64,000 bases of DNA from Eledone cirrhosa (lineage: Eukaryota). Below the pieces are notes generated by a model that searched no databases, was not told where the DNA came from, and worked only from the letters and a program-made list of their open reading frames with translations. The stretch lies in contig OZ024741.1 in assembly GCA_964016885.1 (NCBI GenBank), positions 292,702,001 to 292,766,000 of the forward strand. The letters are read 5' to 3'. The translations under genes and the position numbers were made by a program. Of this stretch, positions 54,631 through 64,000 are shown piece after piece. Positions within the stretch are counted from its first letter, which is position 1; every line of letters starts with the position of its first letter.

Positions 54631-55423
54631 CAATAAAGTATGTCCATAGAATCAATTGATAAAATATATACACCATTTTCTCTCCCAATCAGCATAATCA
54701 ACCACACAAAAAAAACAATTAAACCAGGCTATAAGATTAAAAGACACTTATGAAGAAATAATAGATAAATAAATGACAGCTATCTATTCGCGATCAACAG
54801 CCATAGAATATTTACCCAGCATTTCCAATAGCACGTGGGAATCGATTAAATATATCGTCAATCATACACAATTAGGTATAAAATCAAAGTTAGAAGAACA
54901 AATGTATATAAACATACCAAAATTACGTTTCTACCCCATGGGGTTTCATTCGCTTTTGGAAATATCCGATCAAGGATAAATTCACGAGCTTCGAAATCAT
55001 CAGGAAACAAACTCACTTGGATGAAGATTTTTCTTAAATGATCCTCGCCAGAAACGAATTCAAAATGGCTAAGAACAGTGACGTGGCAGTGGTCAAGTCA
55101 GAAAGAATGTGATTGGTGCCTTACGGCAAGTGGGCTTTTTGCTAGAAAGCGCAGCCTAATATTGCCTAAATTGCATCTCAACCATATGGGAGATTATCAA
55201 ATATAAAGATTTACATATACGCAAACTAGAGAAAGTCATATATATATATATATGTTTTTGGCAACCATTCACGATGTGGCTCAATGACGAATTAATTAAA
55301 TAAAAAAATCAACAATCAGAGCAATATACAATAAAGTATGTACATAGAATCATTTGATAAAATATATACACCATTTCTTCTCCCAATCAGCATAATCAAC
55401 CACACAAAAAATCAATTAAACCA
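54631..55423 (-). mobile_element. Retrozyme-like element: ~698-bp unit with ~95-bp direct terminal redundancy and a central hammerhead
   Basis: Direct repeats 54631-54726 / 55329-55423; no ORF; microsatellite flanks. Confidence 0.72.
54926..55009 (-). ncRNA. Type I hammerhead ribozyme
   Basis: tgtttc-CTGATGA-tttcg..cgaat-GAAA-CCCC AT GGGG-TA-gaaacg; palindromic stem III, GUA. Confidence 0.78.
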
Positions 55424-55849
55424 TATCTCTCTCTATATATATAGATATCATCTTAACTGTAATTGTCTCTACATACACATATATATGACATATTTACATG
55501 CCTTTATATTTAATGTGTATATTTATATTCACATTTATACACAGTTAACTTTGTACTGATATAAATTTAATATATACTGCAGTCGCTTAGTGCACAAGTT
55601 AATATATTTTAAATTATCTACTAAAATAAGCAAGAAAAATATGCAAATTAGTACATTCTTTCGTGAATTAAAGGCAAATAATTTCTGGAGCTGGTGCAGT
55701 AATGCCCAGCTTCAGCATTCAGTCATCAGAAGAATTGAGGTAGAAGTAAAAGCCAAATTCAATTTTCTTCAATTCGTTATTCATGCCAACCATTAACCAT
55801 GAACATGAATGTTGTGTAATGGCTGAAAGGATATGATCACAAATAGGAG

Positions 55850-56170
55850 TGACCAAAATGAGGTTCCTCTGAATGGTCCTTGGAGTAACATTACTTAATA
55901 GGGTGCATAGCTTGGAGATCAGTGAGTCGCTACTTCTCTGAATTGAGAGATCACAGCTTTGATGTTATGAACATGTGGTTAGAATGTCTCAAGACAGATT
56001 TTATGAGCAAAACCAACTGGCATGAGACACAGGGGTATAACCCGACCAAGATGGTTGGATAATATGAATGAGCTTAGCTGGTCTTGTTTGGAGATCCAGC
56101 TGGATCAATTGGAGACAGTTGCTTTTGACATGTCCCACCGGAAGGCATGCTTGAGGACTCTGCTACCCTC
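55850..56170 (+). mobile_element. Old RTE 3' fragment
   Basis: LLLRIERSQL.W..HVVRM-like relic; related copy on - at ~62010-62185. Confidence 0.65.
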
Positions 56171-57074
56171 CCACATACGCACACACACACACCGTAAATA
56201 AGTGGCCAAAGAAAAGATATATAAAGAGAAAGAGGGAGATACATACTTACTTTCCTTTAACTTGTTTTAAATAGTTATTTCATGTTTGTAAAGATAGGGG
56301 TGCAGAGAATGGATGTTTGAAGTACATCATTTTAGTAATTACAGATTTTGTATTATATATTACATAAGCTTAGCAGCTTAAAAGATAACTCTATACAAAT
56401 ATTGTTTTGTGGGTTATATATATATATATAAAAATAAATAAAATTGGTAGTCTGGATTATGGTATCAAAATCTTTATTGATTACATTATTGGTGGTATGT
56501 ATGTGTTGGACCAGATTGAAAATCGAATTCCAATTTATCAGAAGAGGAATAACATAAGGGAATATTAAAGATCCATAATGGCTTAGAAGAACAAAAACAA
56601 GAAAAACCATCAAACAAATTGAAGAAATAATAAAATATACATATGTAGGATGGTTTAAATGCCTTGCACTCAGATGTTATGCTCAATAGAGATAGTAAAG
56701 TGGGCAACACCAGAATCCTAGAATTAAGACAATATTGTTGCTATATATATAAACATAAAAGTGTATGAGAAAAATAAATACAACAGAAGAGCATACAAAT
56801 TAATTCTGTATGGGAAAACTACTTTAGACTCTTATGTTCTATGGCATGCAGTGTAATCTTTTCAAAAACATCTTAAAACAAAATGAAGGTATGGAGGACA
56901 ACCAATATTTTTAGTCAGCAAACCAGAAGGTTATGACACTAAGCTTTATTATTATCATCATCAACACCATGATCAATTGTTTAAACTTGTGTAATATTCC
57001 CAAGATATCTTAAAACAAAATGTAAATATAGAGTACAACCAACACAGGAGATTTTTAGTCAGCAACACATTCGT

Positions 57075-57450
57075 TATGATCCTTATCACCACCTTCATCA
57101 TCATCATCACCACCATGATTGCTGTTGTCATTATCATCGTCACTGCTGCTCCTACTGCCATCATGACCACCACCATTTATGATGATCATTAGTGTTCTAC
57201 ATGTCACCATCATTACAGCATTATATTTATTTTGTTCATCATCATCACCAACATCTTAACCTTATCATTGTATCCATCATTGTCACTATCCATCATCATC
57301 ACTATCCTCATCAGCACAACCACTTGCATCATCTTCATCATCAACATCAGCATCATCATCATCATCATGACCATGACCATGACCACCACCATTATCATGA
57401 TATCCACAATCATTAGCACTGTAATCACCCTCATTATCATCATCAACATC
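57075..57450. repeat. Degenerate (CAT)n low-complexity tract
   Basis: Direct inspection. Confidence 0.9.
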
Positions 57451-58404
57451 TCAAAGCTGATCATCAGGTTGGACCACGGAAGCTGTTCCTTATACTGTCT
57501 GCCAATCACAAATTCTGGCAGGAGGTGGTGGTATTTGAATTCAGAATTCACAGAGCTGGATCAGATATCGCAAAGCATCCTGTTCAACAGTTAAACAATG
57601 TTGTCAGTCCAAGTGAAGTTGATTGACTTTGGCAGGAGTCTGAACTCAAGAAGCAAAGAGCAAGAACAAATACCATATCACTTAATCTGGTGCTCTAACA
57701 ATTCTACTAATTCCCCACCAACTGACAAAGCCATATTATCTTGCTCCGTGAACATTGCATAATTCTAGCTGCTCTGGAAGGATGAAATATAAAGTTGACT
57801 TTGGTGAGATTTGAACTAAATAGGCCAGAGAGCTAGAACAAATGCCACAGGATAATTTATCTTATGTCCTAATGTCCCTGTCACTTCACTGCCTATAGTA
57901 CAACTATACTAGTGGTTTCTTTTAATATAGTGTAAAATACAAAGGCAAAACATTCCCCTAGCTTGTCAAAGAAAAACTAACATATAAAAATACAACATTA
58001 GGGGATTTACATTTATTTAAGGGGCCACAGTTATTTAGAAAATACCCATTTAGCTGCCATCCCAATGGATCTACTTATTTAATGTGGTAGTTTTATAATC
58101 ACGACAGCTACAGTTGGTTGGTGTCAGAGTTTCAATGAAATTATATTTGTTTAAACTGTTTTAGACTGTTTTGTTTCCCAACTGTAAAGTAGAACTCTTG
58201 AAACTTAATCCTTATTGATTGTCACTCCTTAAATTTTAAACTTTATAAAACCATTATTATTGTCTCTATCATCATCATCATCTTTGTTATTTTTGCTGTT
58301 GTTATTCTCATTATTAAACTTTATAAGCCATTATTATTGTTGTAGCTATTATTATTATTTTCATCACCACCACTATTATTATTGTTGCTATTATCATTAT
58401 CATG

Positions 58405-58645
58405 AATTAGCTGAATGGTTAGTGTGTTGGATGAAATGTATTGCAGTATATTGTTTTGATTGTCTATGTATCAAGTCCCATTGAGTTCAACTTTGTCTTT
58501 CATCTAGCCAGGGTCAATAAAATCAGGTAACAATCAAGTACCAAGGTCAATATAATTGGCAGTTAAGAATTTGGTTGATTTAATAAACTTACTACACTCC
58601 ATCCCCTAAATTGCTGGTTTTGTGCTTAAATCAGAAGCCACCATA
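58405..58645 (+). mobile_element. Old family 2 SINE
   Basis: caactttgtctttcatc..gggtcaataaaat..ttgctggttttgtgcttaaatcagaa. Confidence 0.6.
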
Positions 58646-58876
58646 ATTATCATTATTTAATTATCCTCATTGTTATTGTTAACTCCCTATTTTTAAAAAA
58701 TCCCCCTGCCTACTTTGTCATGTTTGTTGCTTTCCTGTATTTCCCCTTTGCACTATCCTCAACGTCTTGGGCCCTTGTGGCCAATAAAAGAAATGACTAG
58801 CATCAGTGTCATCATTAATATTGCTATTATTAATAGTATTAGTTTTTATTTTACTTTTAAAACCTACTTGACTTAC

Positions 58877-59150
58877 GTCCTTCTTCAATGATGTGTGCAG
58901 GAGGGCAGGATGTGTGTGTGTTGTGGGGAGGAGGATGTTCTTACTGGATTATATAAGATTTGTATTGGAGGCTAAGCTTTCTACTTAAGATCTCTTATAA
59001 ACACAGCTGACTGTAAAGTTTTCTTGATGTGGTACTTTAAAATGTAATCAGGGGATGGGGTGGATGATGTGGTGTGGGAGGTTGTCTTGTCTTTTATTTC
59101 ATTCATGTCATTTCATTCCCTGAAAGTTGATTTCTTCAAGATCAGATCAT
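58877..59150 (-). other. Candidate non-coding/UTR exon
   Basis: Strong acceptor ttttctgtcttcttttccag| and donor GAC|gtaagt; no long ORF. Confidence 0.3.
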
Positions 59151-59621
59151 CTGGAAAAGAAGACAGAAAAGAAAAAAAAATGAAACAAAGCAAACCTGAA
59201 AGCAACATTGTGTTGTCTTCTTCATCATCATCTTCTGTTTTCTTCTGCCTTTATTCTACCGGACTACATTCAGTTTTCTTCTGCTTTCTCATTTCCTTCT
59301 CTTCTATTTTTCCTATTCGTCTCTTGTACCTCTTGACCTGACGCAGCTCATTTCATGATAAAGTCAGTCAAGATTAATTAACTAATTAAACTGATATGGC
59401 AATCAAGAACCCTGGCAATTTTCCAAATTATCTAAACAAAATTATTTTGACTGGACAGCAACAAGCCCTTATTTTTTGTTTGTGTGTGTATTTGTTTGTT
59501 TGTTTGTGTGTGTGTGTGTGATTTGATTTTAATTCATTTAAATTCTGTCCTAAGCCCAGAGACTCATGAAACTAGAGCTTATCCTGATTTTATGTGGCAT
59601 GAATCAAGTAAAAGTATACAC

Positions 59622-59693
<72 letters not shown>

Positions 59694-60043
59694 TGGGTAT
59701 GCCATGTGATAAAATGCACCCAGTACATGCTGGGAAGTGATTGAAACTAGGATTTATGTTAAACTGGAACATATGAGCAAGAAGTGATTATTTGATGCAT
59801 CTAGTTGTAGAACATGACAACCCATCCAACCATGGAACAGAGATGTAAAACCATGATGACGTTGATATATATATATATATATATACAAATAAACATGAAC
59901 ATATGTATTTTTGTAATATGTATTTATGTAATATAAAAGCGTGAAATGTGAATGCCCACATATGTAAATGCACACATACACACATATAGTTATAGATATA
60001 GGTATATGTATATCTATCTCTCACTTTCTCTCTCTCTCTCTCT

Positions 60044-60137
<94 letters not shown>

Positions 60138-61242
60138 TGTGTGTGTATATACACGCACATGTTATATATCTACTACTCACACTTTGGTGTATATTTTTCT
60201 GATTATATTTATATTAAGCATTTTTTCATTCACCTGAAATGACTCTTGATTTTATTCAGTATGCAACAAGGCATAAAATAATCATAAGACTGCACTTTAT
60301 ACATATAAGTATATACATGTGTGTGAGTATACACACACCTATGTAAATATAGGTATATCTGATTTAAAATATGTGTACCATATCTATGCATGCCATAAGA
60401 AGTGGCTAAAAGAGTTTATATCAGGAAGGGCATCCGGATGTAAAACCTTGCCTCAAAATGTTATGTCCAACCCATGTTAGCATGGAAAAGTTTACAAAAA
60501 TGACGACGATATATATATATATATATTTACATGTATGTTTGCACACATACTCACACATAGATATGCCCAGTGAGCATTGGTATTTGTTATCGATTTTTGC
60601 AGTGAGGAGACTGAGTGGATTGATTGTATATCCAATCCCTTTCAACAGATAGTGATCATTTATTCTGAAATTGAAGTTTTCCATTTGAGCCAGGTATGGT
60701 AAGACCAACTGGCCAGACTTGCTTCATAATGTGGATGACCCGTCTAACCCATGCAAGCATGAAATATAGGATATCAAACAGTGATGACGATTATGATAAT
60801 ATATAATATAATGATAATAGAATGTTTTGTTAAAATCTGATGGTATTACAATTAAGGTAATTAATTGTATATTTTCTTTAATTTCGGAGTGACTTTTTCA
60901 GACCCAATTTCTGCAAGAATCTGCTTGATCATCAGAGAGATTTATGTTCATAGTAAGAGAGATAAGATGTATTTTACGGTTGCTGGATCCCACGTACGCC
61001 TGAAATAAAAACCAGCATTGTGCACAGTAATGTACACATGCGCCGAATTATCAACAATAAAATTTGTTACTAGAAATAGCAGTCAATTGAAAAATACCTA
61101 TCAATTCGACATTTAACATTTAGCATGCTAGAAATGTTTATGAATTGCTTCCCTTGATACTGCATTATGTATTAAGGGGAGATTACTCTTTCACCGACTT
61201 AATGCACCTGGAGCCTCCAGAAGGTTAAGGAGCAGCAATTGA

Positions 61243-61478
61243 TAATACATATTTAAAAATTAGTCAGTAAAATATATTACATCTCAATGAATACTATTAC
61301 TTAGAATATAATTCAGAGAATTATAAGGTTTTTTTATTGCAATCTTCCCTTTGTTCAGTTCTGAGTCTTATTTGAGATCGTTCTATATTTGTATCTATAA
61401 GTTTCTCTGAATTATATTCTAAACTATATTATTCATTGAGATGTAATGTTTATTACTAATTTTTGAAGATGTATTATT
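61243..61478. repeat. Degenerate inverted repeat (~85-bp arms)
   Basis: attacatctcaatgaata..ttagaatataattcagagaa versus ttctctgaattatattctaa..tattcattgagatgtaat. Confidence 0.7.
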
Positions 61479-64000
61479 AACATATATATCAATCTCATTC
61501 CCCTTTTCTTTACTCCTCTTCTCTTCTCTCTCTCACTCTACTCCTCTCATTTCTCATCTGCTGCTATAGACTCTCTTTCTTCCATTCTCTCGCTCTCTCC
61601 ATTCTTCCAATCAATATGTGTTTATATTTTGACCTGACCTTTTGCTATGCTCATAACAATCAGTTGTTCACAGCTCCCTCCACATTGAGATTTCTACAGT
61701 TTTATGAAAATTCATTATATATATATATATATATATTTCTTTATTGAAATTCCTGTCACCAATAAATATCTTTTCATTCCCACTTCTATGATATAATATA
61801 AATTATTCTATTTTTTTTATTTTTGTGTACTTTTTTATTGCAGGTAAGCTGAATTTTCCTTTGTCACTTTGTTTCTTTCTACTCTACAAAAAGAAGTTGA
61901 AAAATTTGTGAAGAAAAGAAAAAATACTATAGGTATGTATTTTAAAAAGAAATATTTATCATTACTATCGTACTTCCTATTGGAGGACTGTTCCTGTATA
62001 GGGACATTTAATTCTTCTTCTTGTTTTTGCCTGTAAAATCTGCCCAGCAATTATTTTATGAGACATTCTAACCACATGTCCATAATATTGGAGCTGTGAT
62101 ATCTCAATTCGAAGAAGTAGCAGCTCTACCTGGAGTGACTCTCTGAACTCCAAGATATACACTCTATCAAGTAACATTACTTCAAAGATTAAAATATGGT
62201 TTCCAGATTCAATCCTTTGCCTAGCTCAGAAATATCATTGTAGTGCCGTGTGGAAATTATACCAAACAAAGCAAACTCATTTCAATAAGATAACGAAGAT
62301 CAACTAACAGCCAGATAAAAAAAAAACATCACTAAAACAATCAGGTTTTTCTTTCTTTTTTGTTTTCTTTTTGTTGATATTGAAATAATTCTGTTTTAAC
62401 AAGATTCTTTCTGTAATTATGTTTTCATATTTTCAGCACAAAAGGAATATAGACTCATTAAGTATGTCTATTGCATCTGGTAGAAATGGTAGTGTAACTC
62501 ACTCCGTGCTACCCCTATCCCCAAACAGGAGTCCTCTATGAGTTTATTTTTGACTTGTTTTAATTTTAAAAATTTCCATTTTAAATTAAATTTTTTTTAC
62601 ACATTCCCCCTTCCCTCCACTGTCAGCAGCTGGTGTTTAAAGAACAAACTTAGAATGTAATAACATTTCCAATTATTGCATTTTGGTCCCAACTGCCCAA
62701 ATGCGAACACTTTAATGTGAACAGCACTGAAAAGTTGTGTCTGTGTGGTGGTTATATATATACATATATATAGACACACACATATATACAGTTGTATTGA
62801 TAGCGGTCTATGGAGCATTTCGCACTTCACCGGAAATTTTGTTTAATGTAATTTATAGATTTTATTTAGCCAAGTCTCCTTTAGCTTTAATAATGAATGT
62901 TGTTCTTGACATGATGACATAAAATTAGCAACCTAATTAGTAACCAAGTAGTGAATTGTCAGAAACATTATTCATTCCTGGGCATTGTGTTTTGGGTTCC
63001 AATCCTGCAACGGTGGAATCATTAATATGCTAGGCAAGACATGTTGTAGTGTAGTAATATGAGGAGGCACTGAAAATGTCCTGTCTTTAAGAGTATTGCA
63101 AAAGGGTAGAGCTGTTACCTTTACGAGGGAGGTAGGACAACTATTTAGAAGTTCATATTACTTCTTATTCAGACATTATATAATGCTGTTGTTATTGTTA
63201 GTTGTAGTGGTTGTGGTATATTTTCTTGTACCCAAAGCCAGGAATTTTTCAGCACCTCCTTTTAAATGTTTTTTTTTTAAATTCCAGCCCAAATTTTTAT
63301 TAAAATCCTGCTGCCACCTATAAGCTATCATGAAATGGATTGGAGCTTCTCAATCTATCTATACACCACCCATAGTTAACCATGCATTAGTGTGCCAGGA
63401 ATTGCCACCGGTAGATAGTATTAGCAATTGGAAAGACTAATGGAAACATTGGATCCTAGTGTGATCTAAGGCATTCAACCTGTTGAGATGTGGATGATAA
63501 TTGATGAAAGTCAAACTTATTTCATATTATCACCACATTGTAAAGATCACCACATTGCTGTCTTTTAGCAAAGTAGGACAGATCATTTTCCTCTGTCTGA
63601 TGCCTAAGATGAAACAGTTTATATATGTAAATATGACTGCTATTGCTCCATTCATCCACAAAACATTGAGCAAACATGCTACACTAAATGCCAACCTATA
63701 CTCTTGCTATACCAACCCAACCCAACCCATGACCCAACCTCCAAGCTGGGCAAACAAAATGTGGAACACTCAACTTCCCAAACTTGGCAAATCAAACGTG
63801 GCGCAACAGCCACCAAATGAGGGAAATTGACATTGTCAAGCTGCAGCTGTCATATAACATAGTTTCTATCAAATAAAGCTATTATTATCGGTAGCGAGTA
63901 TGACCCCATTACTTTATATAGTAGATGTAATCAAAAGTGGGACAGGTAGGTTACCTTTGTCTGGGGCCTATGATCAAAGAGTTTATATAGTAGACATGGT

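Noticed and set aside
57192-57594. His-rich or Met-rich ORFs
   Set aside because: Degenerate (CAT)n repeat running into a SINE

Overview
AT-rich eukaryotic (animal) non-coding DNA, most likely an octopus/coleoid intron or intergenic tract; the organism is inferred from the CORE- and Meta-type tRNA SINEs with RTE-derived tails and the extreme (TA)n density. No intact host gene is visible, and most ORF-track entries are microsatellite translations or antisense shadows of transposons. The window is a mosaic of RTE and Tx1/L1 LINE fragments, two SINE families, a mariner remnant, several Helitrons and one nearly full-length GC-rich Penelope-like element (RT + GIY-YIG). The main hidden signal is about 13 type I hammerhead ribozyme motifs, folded by eye, in several unrelated short non-coding cassettes. 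These cassettes have inverted-repeat or terminally redundant architecture and sit between (TA)n tracts, which suggests a diverse population of Penelope pLTR / retrozyme-like elements.
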